A DNA stretch of 64,000 nt. Origin: an uncultured Bacteroidales bacterium. Lineage in GTDB: Bacteria > Bacteroidota > Bacteroidia > Bacteroidales > VadinHA17. The stretch spans positions 149,361 to 213,360 of the forward strand of contig CAVPBE010000003.1 in the NCBI GenBank assembly GCA_963701745.1. The letters are read 5' to 3'. Shown here piece by piece: positions 25,488-34,225 of the stretch; the first letter of the stretch is position 1; the number at the start of each line of letters is the position of its first letter. A program made the position numbers and the translations under genes. The notes beneath the pieces are model-generated. The model worked only from the letters and a program-made list of their open reading frames with translations. It was not told the origin of the DNA and did no database searches.

Positions 25488-27134
25488 ATGAAAGAAAATA
25501 ATATCCCGCTTACTTTTCCTGCATTATTCAATGAGACTGTACGTAAATACGGCAGTCATAACTCTTATGCTTTCGTAGGTGAGAAGCCAAAAACCTGGAA
25601 TGAATCCTCAAAAGAGATCAGTTCCCTTATGGCTTTTCTTGATATAGCAGGTATTAAACCCGGAGATAAAGTAGCGCTTCTTAGCAATAATATGCCAAAC
25701 TGGAGTTCAGCATTTTTTTCAATAACCTTCATGGGAGCTGTTGTTGTACCGATTTTACCTGATTTTTCAGCAACAGAAGTCGGGAATGTTCTGAGCCATT
25801 CGGGAGCCAAAGCAATCTTCGTTTCGTCATCACAATTGCCAAAGCTGGAAGGGTATAAATCCGAGGAGCTTAAGACCGGAATTCTTGTTGATGATTTTTC
25901 TGTAATCTTTTCTCATAGCAAGTCTCTTGTTTATGATCCTACAGGATTTCCTGAAAAAAAATACGATGTTGCCGAAGATGATCTTGCATCAATTATCTAT
26001 ACATCCGGGACCACCGGCCGCTCCAAGGGTGTGATGCTTACTCACAAGAACATTTCTTTCAATGCCGTGAAGGGTATGGTTATTCAGCACATTGATGAAA
26101 ATGACAGGTTCCTTTCGGTATTGCCTTTGTCGCATACTTATGAGAATACTCTCGGACTAATGCTTCCGGTTCTGGGAGGAGCGTGCGTATACTACCTTAG
26201 AAAGCCACCGACTCCTGCGGTTCTTATACCAGCCATGGCTGAAGTTAAGCCCACTGTGATGCTGACTGTTCCGCTTATTATGGAAAAGATCTATTTTAAC
26301 AAAATACTCCCCTCCTTTAATGAAAAGAAGTTATTAAGGATCCTGTACAAAATATCCTTCATAAGGAAGAAACTCAATGAAGTTGCAGGGAAGAAGCTTT
26401 ATAAGACCTTTGGCGGTCATCTGAAATTCTTTGGCATCGGTGGTGCAAAGCTTAACAAGAGTGTTGAGAAATTTCTCCTTGAAGCAAAATTTCCGTATGC
26501 CATTGGTTATGGACTGACAGAAACCTCACCATTGCTTGCCGGTGCAAACCCCTCGAAATCGGTTTTTGATTCAACGGGACCTGCAATTGAGGGCATCGAA
26601 CTTAAGATAAACAACCCCGACAGTAAAACCGGGGAAGGCGAAATATGGGCCAGGGGTCCAAGCGTAATGAAAGGATACTACAAAGAGCCCGAGATGACAA
26701 AAGAGGTTCTGACAAACGATGGCTGGTTCAAAACCGGAGATCTTGGTGTTTTTGACTCACGGATGAATCTGTATATCAAGGGAAGGCTCAAGAATATGAT
26801 TGTGGGTGCAAGCGGAGAAAATATTTATCCCGAGGAGATAGAATCGGTTATCAATAATTTCAGGTTTGTTGTAGAATCGCTTGTTATCCAGCAAAAAGGC
26901 AAGCTGGTTGCTTATGTGCATCTGAATATGGAAGAGCTTGAAAAGAAATATCAGAACCTTAAGGATGATATGAGCCGGCAGTATGAGGAGAAAAAGGAAG
27001 AATTACTTCTTGAACTCCAGGAATATGTTAATTCCCATGTAAGCAAATTCTGCCAGATCAACAAGGTTGTTTTGCAGCCCGTTCCGTTCCAGAAAACAGC
27101 AACGCTGAAGATAAAAAGGTTCCTGTACACATAG
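25488..27134 (+). CDS. Long-chain-fatty-acid--CoA ligase (AMP-binding family)
   Basis: Contains the AMP-binding signature YTSGTTGRSKGV, plus GYGLTETS and TGDLG. The ATG at 25488 is preferred over the TTG at 25452. Confidence 0.85.
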   Translation: MKENNIPLTFPALFNETVRKYGSHNSYAFVGEKPKTWNESSKEISSLMAFLDIAGIKPGDKVALLSNNMPNWSSAFFSITFMGAVVVPILPDFSATEVGNVLSHSGAKAIFVSSSQLPKLEGYKSEELKTGILVDDFSVIFSHSKSLVYDPTGFPEKKYDVAEDDLASIIYTSGTTGRSKGVMLTHKNISFNAVKGMVIQHIDENDRFLSVLPLSHTYENTLGLMLPVLGGACVYYLRKPPTPAVLIPAMAEVKPTVMLTVPLIMEKIYFNKILPSFNEKKLLRILYKISFIRKKLNEVAGKKLYKTFGGHLKFFGIGGAKLNKSVEKFLLEAKFPYAIGYGLTETSPLLAGANPSKSVFDSTGPAIEGIELKINNPDSKTGEGEIWARGPSVMKGYYKEPEMTKEVLTNDGWFKTGDLGVFDSRMNLYIKGRLKNMIVGASGENIYPEEIESVINNFRFVVESLVIQQKGKLVAYVHLNMEELEKKYQNLKDDMSRQYEEKKEELLLELQEYVNSHVSKFCQINKVVLQPVPFQKTATLKIKRFLYT

Positions 27135-27149
27135 GAACCGAAACTTATT

Positions 27150-27300
27150 GGGGTTGTTGAAAAAGTCTTTAAAACCGCAAAGCACGCTAAGAAGGTGCAA
27201 AGCACACAAAGACAAACCTTTAATAATTAGCTCTTTGCGATCTTTGCGTAAATCCTTTGCGATCTTCGCGGTTAATGGATTTAGACTTTTTAAACAGCCC
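27150..27300. repeat. MITE-like element, copy A (GCAAAG/CTTTGCG core)
   Basis: The termini are ggggttgttgaaaaagtc (27150-27167) and gactttttaaacagccc (27284-27300), which are inverted relative to each other and related to the termini of the elements at 34.1, 45.5 and 56.8 kb. The core consists of inverted arrays of GCAAAG and CTTTGCG motifs. Confidence 0.6.
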
Positions 27301-27305
27301 TACGA

Positions 27306-28076
27306 TTATTTTATAGCCGCATTGAATCTTTTGCTTACTTCTTCCCAGTTTACCACATTCCAGAAAGCCTCTACATAGTCTGCTCTTTTGTTTTGGTACT
27401 TGAGGTAGTAGGCATGCTCCCATACATCGATAGTCAGTAATGGTTTCCCTTTGATCGTTGAAACATCCATCAGAGGATTATCCTGGTTAGGGGTGCTTCC
27501 CACGGCCAGTTTTTTATCAGCCGTAACATAGAGCCATGCCCAGCCGCTTCCGAAGCGTGTCTTAGCTGAATTGCTGAAAAGTTCCTTAAATTTATCAAAG
27601 GACCCGAATTCCTTCATCAGGGCAGCTGTTAAATCAGATGAAGGACCTGCAGATTTGGGAGCAAGGTTATTCCAGAAAAAGACATGGTTATAAAAACCAC
27701 CTCCGTTATTCCTGACGGTGTCTCCTGCTTCCGAAACCTTTGAGAAGATCTGCTCTATTTCGCTGTTTTCTAGGTTTGTCCCTTTAATCGCTGCTGTGAA
27801 ATTATTGAAGTATGCACGGTGATGCCTGTCATAATGGATCTCCATTGTGCGTGCATCTATGTAAGGCTCAAGCGCATCATAGGCATATGGTAATGCCGGG
27901 AATACATGAATATCAAATTTTTCCATTGTTAAATTTTTTAAGTTTTTTGGCTCTTTGGCAAATGATTTTGCTGTATATAAAAAGCCCATAATACCAAGAC
28001 CAATGTTCTTTAAAAAGATTTTGCGTTCCATTGATTTAATTTTTAGAGTTAACAACAATTTAATGGTTATGTTCAA
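27306..28076 (-). CDS. Fe/Mn superoxide dismutase with an N-terminal export signal
   Basis: Contains the SOD motifs HYDRHH and DVWEHAYY. The N-terminal extension is MERKIFLKNIGLGIMGFLYTAKSFA, so the likely start is the ATG at 28031. Confidence 0.85.
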   Translation of the reverse strand: MNITIKLLLTLKIKSMERKIFLKNIGLGIMGFLYTAKSFAKEPKNLKNLTMEKFDIHVFPALPYAYDALEPYIDARTMEIHYDRHHRAYFNNFTAAIKGTNLENSEIEQIFSKVSEAGDTVRNNGGGFYNHVFFWNNLAPKSAGPSSDLTAALMKEFGSFDKFKELFSNSAKTRFGSGWAWLYVTADKKLAVGSTPNQDNPLMDVSTIKGKPLLTIDVWEHAYYLKYQNKRADYVEAFWNVVNWEEVSKRFNAAIK

Positions 28077-28197
28077 TTTAAACTAAATATTATCACCGGA
28101 TCGTGATTTTTCGGACTTTTTGAAGCATAAAAAGAAAAATTTCATACTTTTATAGGAACTATTTTCCTGTAACTACTTAACATTAAACCTGTTCAAT

Positions 28198-28533
28198 ATG
28201 TCAAGAAAAAGGCTGACCGTCTTCCTGATAGGATTATTCATTGTTTTAGCTGTAGTTTCCTGCGGCAAAAGCAAAAAATCATCCAACAGGGATGCTCCAG
28301 TGGAAAAATCTCTTATTGAGGTTTCAATAGGAGGGATGACATGTACCGGATGTGAGCAGACTATTCAGTCAAGAGTTGGAATGCTCGAAGGAATAAATTC
28401 AGTGAAGGCTTCTTATGTTTCCGGTAATGCGCTTGTTGAATATTTTCCAGGGATAACTGACACTGTGAAAATAAAAGCCGCAATTTCAGGGTCTGGTTAT
28501 ACAGTTAAGAAATTTAAACCTGTCGCTGAATGA
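28198..28533 (+). CDS. Exported heavy-metal-associated (HMA) domain lipoprotein
   Basis: 111-aa ORF with the lipobox LAVVSC followed by the HMA motif GGMTCTGCE. Its stop overlaps the next start (ATGA). Confidence 0.8.
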   Translation: MSRKRLTVFLIGLFIVLAVVSCGKSKKSSNRDAPVEKSLIEVSIGGMTCTGCEQTIQSRVGMLEGINSVKASYVSGNALVEYFPGITDTVKIKAAISGSGYTVKKFKPVAE

Positions 28534-28919
28534 AAAAAATCACAACGGTTGGCAGAATTCTTTTTGCACTTCCTTTTGCAGTCTTTGGAATCAATCATTT
28601 TTTGATGATGGACTATTACATGGGGTTGCTGACTTCTTTCATTCCCAGAACAGGATTTATTATGATCCTGACAGGTATAATGCTGATACTGGCAAGCATA
28701 AGCATCATAACAAAGAAGTTTGTCACAATTTCGACATTACTTCTTGCACTGCTTCTTTTTATTTTTATTGTCACCATTCATTTACCGCATCTGATAAACG
28801 GGGTTAACACCACTGCCACTCTGATCGCTCTATTAAAAGACATATCACTAATGGGTGGCTCATTAATGATAGCCGGCATTTATTCTGAGTCAGAAAACCC
28901 GGTCAAAAACAGGTCATAA
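28530..28919 (+). CDS. DoxX family membrane protein
   Basis: 129-aa ORF with four TM segments of DoxX-like size and pattern. It is translationally coupled to the HMA gene. Confidence 0.65.
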   Translation: MKKITTVGRILFALPFAVFGINHFLMMDYYMGLLTSFIPRTGFIMILTGIMLILASISIITKKFVTISTLLLALLLFIFIVTIHLPHLINGVNTTATLIALLKDISLMGGSLMIAGIYSESENPVKNRS

Positions 28920-28937
28920 ACAATATTGCATATATCA

Positions 28938-29729
28938 ATGAGTCAATTTAAACTGTTTCTTGCACTTGGCCTTTCCCTGATAAGTATTAAATCCTATACT
29001 CAAACCACTCTGTTCAATCAGCAGATGCAAATCGGATTTGAAGAAAAGCAGGGACAATATGCAGATCTGACTGCAAAGCTGGTTAATGAGTCAGGGGATA
29101 CTGTACTTCTGAAGGAAGTGATAAACAAACCAACCATTCTGAATCTGGTTTATTTCAATTGCCCTGGGACTTGCAGCCCTCTGATGTGGGGGATCTCTAA
29201 ATTCATTGATCAGGTCGATCTTAAGCTTGGTAAAGACTATGATGTTATTACAATAAGCTTCGATCCAACTGAAAGGATTGACCTGGGAATTAAGAAGAAA
29301 GCCAGTTATTTAAGTACGATGAAGGACAAAGAGTCGGCAAAACAGTGGCTTTTTTTTGTTTCTGACAGCACTAGCATTTCAAAATTGACCAGATCAGTTG
29401 GTTTTAACTATGAAAAGGTTAATGATCAATATGTTCATCCAACGGGACTGATAGCCCTTGCCGCTGACGGAAAGATCGTACGTTACCTCAGGGGTATTGA
29501 TTTTTTACCCTTCGATATCAAAATCACGATGGTTGAGGCAGCAGAAGGAAAGATCGGTCCCAGCATAAACAGGCTTCTTGCAGTTTGTTATTCCTATGAT
29601 GATCAGGGTAATCAGTTTGTTTTTAATGTAACCAGGGTTGCGGCAATAGTGATTCTGTTTTTTGTTGTCGTGATATTTTTAGTTCTGGCATTTTCAAGGG
29701 TAATATTTAAAAGAAGGCAAAATAGATGA
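28938..29729 (+). CDS. SCO1/SenC family copper chaperone
   Basis: Contains the thioredoxin-fold CxxxC motif FNCPGTCSP and a downstream His (YVHPTG), with a signal peptide and a C-terminal TM. The ATG at 28938 is preferred to the TTG at 28926, and the stop overlaps the coxI start. Confidence 0.8.
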   Translation: MSQFKLFLALGLSLISIKSYTQTTLFNQQMQIGFEEKQGQYADLTAKLVNESGDTVLLKEVINKPTILNLVYFNCPGTCSPLMWGISKFIDQVDLKLGKDYDVITISFDPTERIDLGIKKKASYLSTMKDKESAKQWLFFVSDSTSISKLTRSVGFNYEKVNDQYVHPTGLIALAADGKIVRYLRGIDFLPFDIKITMVEAAEGKIGPSINRLLAVCYSYDDQGNQFVFNVTRVAAIVILFFVVVIFLVLAFSRVIFKRRQNR

Positions 29730-31333
29730 ATACTCAGAAAGAGATTGGGGAGCCCAGCTATCTTGATTTTAAAGGAAGATACAAAGGTCTTTTTTCCTGG
29801 ATATTTTCCACCGACCACAAGAGGATAGGCTTATTATACCTTTTTTCCATTCTGTCACTCTTTGTAGTAGGAGCCACCCTGGGTTTATTAATGAAGTTTG
29901 AACTTATTGCCCCGGGCAAAACCATTATGGGTCCTCAGGCCTATAATGCATTCTTCACCCTGCATGGAATTGTTATGATCTTTGCCGTTGTCATACCTGG
30001 GTTGCCTGCCGTATTTGGTAATTTTCTTCTGCCAATAATGATCGGGGCAAAAGATGTTGCATTTCCAAAACTCAATCTCTTTTCCTGGTATTTGTATGTA
30101 ATAGGTGTAACCCTGGTTATAATCTCCCAGTTTGCAGGGGAGGGAGCTCCTGATACCGGATGGACATTTTATGCCCCATACAGCTTCAGAACTACCGGTA
30201 CCATGCTCCCGGCAGTATTTGGGGCATTTGTTCTGGGATTTTCATCGATACTTACAGGTCTGAACTTCCTTGTAACAATACACAGGATGCGTGCACCCGG
30301 TATGACATGGCTTAAAATGCCGTTATTCCCCTGGTCGCTTTATGCAACAGCCTGGGTCCAGTTGCTTGCAACTCCGATTATTGGAATAACCCTCCTGATG
30401 GTTGTTGCCGAAAGGACATTGCATATTGGATTTTTCGACCCTTCACTAGGAGGTGATCCTCTTCTGTATCAGCATCTGTTCTGGACTTACAGTCATCCGG
30501 CAGTTTATATTATGATATTACCTGCCATGGGAGCCATTTCTGAGATAATAACTACTTTCTCTCATAAAACAATATTCGGCTATAAATTCATGGTTGTTTC
30601 TGTCCTGGCAATTGCTTTTGTTGGCTATTTCGTCTGGGGACACCATATGTTCACTTCCGGAATGAGCGGAACAGCTCTTTATACTTTTTCTCTCCTGACT
30701 TTTCTTGTAGCTATCCCAAGTGCAATAAAAGTATTCAACTGGATATCCACAATGCACAAGGGTTCCATTGATCTTCAGACTCCATTCTACTGGGCAATAG
30801 CTTTCATTTTTGTATTCATGATCGGCGGATTTTCGGGACTAATTCTTGGTTCACTTGCAGCCAATGTGCATCTTCATAATACCCATTTTGTTGTTGCCCA
30901 TTTTCATTTTATAGTGTTCGGCGGTACGGGGTTTGCTTTTTTCGGAGCGATGCATTACTGGTTTCCAAAAATTACCGGCAAAATGTACGATAAAAGATGG
31001 GCAAACATAGGTCTGATACTCTTTTTTATTGGATTCATAACCCTGTATGGCCCGATGTTTTACCTTGGATTTAAAGGGATGCCAAGAAGGTATTTCGATT
31101 ATGATGAGGTATTTCATGCTGGTAATATTATTTCAACCATGGGGTCATGGATTCTTTATTCCGGACTAGCAATTATTGTAATAAATCTGTTTGCTTCGTT
31201 GAAGGGAGGGGTAAAGGCTTCTTCTAATCCATGGGGTGGCAAGACTCTGGAATGGACAATTCCTTCACCTCCGCCGGTCGAGAATTTTATTGACACTCCT
31301 GAAATTACAAAAGGACCATACGACTATAAATAA
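29726..31333 (+). CDS. ctaD: Cytochrome c oxidase subunit I (heme-copper oxidase, A2-type signature)
   Basis: 535-aa ORF with 12 TM segments. The helix VI motif is FWTYSHPAVYI (YSHPAV = 30488-30505), and the His ligands sit in the contexts HHMF and HFHF. Confidence 0.92.
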   Translation: MNTQKEIGEPSYLDFKGRYKGLFSWIFSTDHKRIGLLYLFSILSLFVVGATLGLLMKFELIAPGKTIMGPQAYNAFFTLHGIVMIFAVVIPGLPAVFGNFLLPIMIGAKDVAFPKLNLFSWYLYVIGVTLVIISQFAGEGAPDTGWTFYAPYSFRTTGTMLPAVFGAFVLGFSSILTGLNFLVTIHRMRAPGMTWLKMPLFPWSLYATAWVQLLATPIIGITLLMVVAERTLHIGFFDPSLGGDPLLYQHLFWTYSHPAVYIMILPAMGAISEIITTFSHKTIFGYKFMVVSVLAIAFVGYFVWGHHMFTSGMSGTALYTFSLLTFLVAIPSAIKVFNWISTMHKGSIDLQTPFYWAIAFIFVFMIGGFSGLILGSLAANVHLHNTHFVVAHFHFIVFGGTGFAFFGAMHYWFPKITGKMYDKRWANIGLILFFIGFITLYGPMFYLGFKGMPRRYFDYDEVFHAGNIISTMGSWILYSGLAIIVINLFASLKGGVKASSNPWGGKTLEWTIPSPPPVENFIDTPEITKGPYDYK

Positions 31334-31335
31334 GT

Positions 31336-31938
31336 ATGACAGCAGAGATACATCGTGATGATCTGGCCTCCAAAATAGGAATGTGGTTATTCCTGTTTAC
31401 TGAAATGTTGTTATTCGGTGGATTATTCGTTGTATATTCAGTATACCGATACAGGAATTCTCAGGCATTCCATCTTGCAGCTGAAGAGCTGAGTGTGTTT
31501 ATCGGGACAATAAATACAATAATTCTGCTGGTCAGCAGTACGACTATTGCAATGTCGATTACAGCGATTCAGAAGAAAAACAAGAAGTTTGCTCTTTTGC
31601 TGATTGGCATTACAATATTCCTGGGATTGGCTTTCCTTGCAAACAAATACTTTGAATGGGGCAGTCATATCAGGGAACATATTTACCCCGGATCCCCTGC
31701 TTTAGCCCTTCGGGGTCAGGGGGATGTTCTTTTTTATGGTTTGTACTTTTTTATGACCGGGCTCCATGCGTTGCATATAATAATCGGACTTGTCTTTATC
31801 GGGGTCATAGCATCAAAGACTATAAAGAACAAAATTGACTCGGAAAATTATGTGTTGCTTGAAAACAGCGGCCTTTACTGGCATCTGGTTGACCTGATCT
31901 GGATATTTCTGTTTCCTTTATTTTATCTTATTACCTAA
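31336..31938 (+). CDS. ctaE: Cytochrome c oxidase subunit III
   Basis: 200-aa multi-TM ORF with a C-terminal YWHLVDLIWIF motif typical of subunit III. Confidence 0.85.
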   Translation: MTAEIHRDDLASKIGMWLFLFTEMLLFGGLFVVYSVYRYRNSQAFHLAAEELSVFIGTINTIILLVSSTTIAMSITAIQKKNKKFALLLIGITIFLGLAFLANKYFEWGSHIREHIYPGSPALALRGQGDVLFYGLYFFMTGLHALHIIIGLVFIGVIASKTIKNKIDSENYVLLENSGLYWHLVDLIWIFLFPLFYLIT

Positions 31939-31952
31939 TTTTGCCAGCAAGA

Positions 31953-32237
31953 ATGGAGAATGAAAAGAATCATATAATTCCTTACAGAACTTATCTTTTT
32001 GTGCTTGCAGGGCTGATAGTTGCAACATTGATTTCGGTAGCAGTGACGCAAATTTCACTGGGTACTCTGACAGTTGCAATTGCTCTTTTTATAGCCGCAG
32101 TTAAATCATCATTTGTTTTACGGATCTTCATGCATCTTAAATATGAAAACAGGATGTTCTCAGCAGCTGTAATAGCTGTAACCCTTCTCATAGCCATAGT
32201 AATAATAATAACTCTTCTGGATTACCTTTTTAGATAA
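31953..32237 (+). CDS. Cytochrome c oxidase subunit IV (prokaryotic CoxD-like)
   Basis: A small 3-TM protein lying between subunits III and II. The ATG at 31953 is preferred to the TTG at 31941. Confidence 0.65.
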   Translation: MENEKNHIIPYRTYLFVLAGLIVATLISVAVTQISLGTLTVAIALFIAAVKSSFVLRIFMHLKYENRMFSAAVIAVTLLIAIVIIITLLDYLFR

Positions 32238-32242
32238 CAAGT

Positions 32243-33193
32243 ATGTATTCAACCACTACAACGGATGCTTCAAATTTTGTATCCACCTTCAATACATCAT
32301 TTTACTTTATTGCAGGTATATCACTGTTATTATTAATAGGGCTTACCGTAATTATGCTCTATTTTGTTTTCAGGTATAATAACAAAAAAAATAAAGTTGC
32401 TGTCCAGAATGAAGGGAACACCCGTCTGGAGATTATATGGACCGTTATTCCAATTCTTCTGGCTATTGCAATGTTTTATTATGGCTGGGCGGGGTGGAAA
32501 CCAATGAACAAGGCTCCGAAAGATGCTCTGAATATTACCAGTACTGCCAGGATGTGGAGCTTTTCATTTCAATATGAAAACGGAAAGCAGAGCCCCGATC
32601 TGGTTATTCCGGTAAATACTCCTGTCAAATTAAATCTTGTCTCCCTGGATGTTATCCATAGTATTTTTATTCCTGCCTTCAGGGTAAAATCAGATATGGT
32701 CCCAGGAAGAGAAAAGATGATGTGGTTTCTTCCTCAGACAGTAGGTGAGTTTGATCTTTATTGCTCCGAATATTGCGGATTAAGGCATTCATATATGAAT
32801 GCAAATGTTAAAGTTCTTTCAAATGAAGATTATACTGCATGGTATGCTGATTCATCAACAGTTATCAAAGCAACTGAAGAATCGGTTCCCGGTGCTGAAG
32901 GTCTTAAAATAATGATTAACCAGGGCTGTAATGCATGCCATTCTTCTGATGGTTCGAAAATAGTAGGGCCAAGTTATTTGAATCTGTATGGAGAAAAACA
33001 GGTAGTGATAAAAGATGGAAAAGAGGTCACGGTTACAGTGGACGATGAGTATATTAAGCGTGCCATAAATGATCCCAATTCAGAAATTGTAAAAGGATAT
33101 CCGAAGCAACTTATGCAGAGTTACAAAGCAACATTGAGTGATGATGACATTTCAAAAATTATTGAATATATGAAATCGCTTAATGACAAATAA
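32243..33193 (+). CDS. ctaC: Cytochrome c oxidase subunit II fused to a C-terminal cytochrome c domain
   Basis: Two N-terminal TM segments, the CuA site DVIHS ... CSEYCGLRHSYM, and a C-terminal CNACH heme c motif. Confidence 0.9.
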   Translation: MYSTTTTDASNFVSTFNTSFYFIAGISLLLLIGLTVIMLYFVFRYNNKKNKVAVQNEGNTRLEIIWTVIPILLAIAMFYYGWAGWKPMNKAPKDALNITSTARMWSFSFQYENGKQSPDLVIPVNTPVKLNLVSLDVIHSIFIPAFRVKSDMVPGREKMMWFLPQTVGEFDLYCSEYCGLRHSYMNANVKVLSNEDYTAWYADSSTVIKATEESVPGAEGLKIMINQGCNACHSSDGSKIVGPSYLNLYGEKQVVIKDGKEVTVTVDDEYIKRAINDPNSEIVKGYPKQLMQSYKATLSDDDISKIIEYMKSLNDK

Positions 33194-34058
33194 TCCGGGA
33201 TATAAACTCAAGTATTACCTGCAATTAAGTAAGCTGAAAATAATGATTCCGGTAAGTCTTACAGGCTTTACCGGATATTTTATTTTTGATCCGCATCTTT
33301 CATTAAAAATTGTGTTGGTTAGTATTGGAATCCTTTTTCTGTCAATTTCAGCATCTGTTCTTAACCAGATCCAGGAAATTGGTCCTGACAGGAACATGAA
33401 CAGAACTCAAAACCGCCCCCTCCCATCCGGAAATATCAAATCACGACGGGCATTATTATATTTCTTCGGGAATCTTCTTGCAGGTACGATTGTGGTATAT
33501 TCATTTGGCAATCTTACGGCAGCGATCATTGGTTTAATTGCAATTGCCTGGTATAATGGAATATATACTTATGCAAAGAGATTAACCGCGTTTGCAGTAG
33601 TTCCAGGGGCTTTGACAGGAGTATTCCCTCCTCTGATTGGTTGGGTGGCAGCCGGAGGAGGGATATGGGATAAACCGATAATATTTCTTGAATTTCTCTT
33701 TTTTACAGGGCAGATTCCGCACTTCTGGCTTCTCATTTTGAAGTATGGTGAGGAGTATGCAAAAGCCGGCCTGCCAAGCCTTACAAATATTATGAACAGA
33801 AACCAGATCAGGCGGCTCACTTTTACCTGGATTGTAACCTCTGTAACAGCAGCCCTTTTCCTGTGTTATTTTGAAATAATTCAAAGCAAAATGATAGTTG
33901 GAATTCTACTGATAGCATCAGCAATTCTTATATGGCAGTTTTCAGGATTAATAAAATACTCCGGCAATAAGGATTTCTACAGGAAATATTCAATACTCCT
34001 AGATTCTTACTTTCTGCTGGTGCTGATCCTGCTGATTTCTGACAGGATTATAGCGTAA
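33183..34058 (+). CDS. cyoE: Protoheme IX farnesyltransferase (heme O synthase)
   Basis: 291-aa UbiA-family membrane protein whose start overlaps the end of ctaC by 11 nt. Confidence 0.85.
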   Translation: MTNNPGYKLKYYLQLSKLKIMIPVSLTGFTGYFIFDPHLSLKIVLVSIGILFLSISASVLNQIQEIGPDRNMNRTQNRPLPSGNIKSRRALLYFFGNLLAGTIVVYSFGNLTAAIIGLIAIAWYNGIYTYAKRLTAFAVVPGALTGVFPPLIGWVAAGGGIWDKPIIFLEFLFFTGQIPHFWLLILKYGEEYAKAGLPSLTNIMNRNQIRRLTFTWIVTSVTAALFLCYFEIIQSKMIVGILLIASAILIWQFSGLIKYSGNKDFYRKYSILLDSYFLLVLILLISDRIIA

Positions 34059-34076
34059 TGCACAAAGATAGAAAGA

Positions 34077-34225
34077 GGATGTCTCAAAAGTCTAAAATCT
34101 AAGTGATGGTTCCTCTGTGTATCTCTGTACCTTCTCTGTGGCACTCTGTGCAACAAATAATTAAGAACTTACACATAGATCACAGAGTTTTCACAGAGGT
34201 CCACAGAGGACTTTTGATACAGCCC
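34077..34225. repeat. MITE-like element, copy B (CTCTGTG/CACAGAG core)
   Basis: The termini are ggatgtctcaaaagtc (34077-34092) and gacttttgatacagccc (34209-34225). Its reverse complement aligns by eye along its whole length with 56791-56941. Confidence 0.7.
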
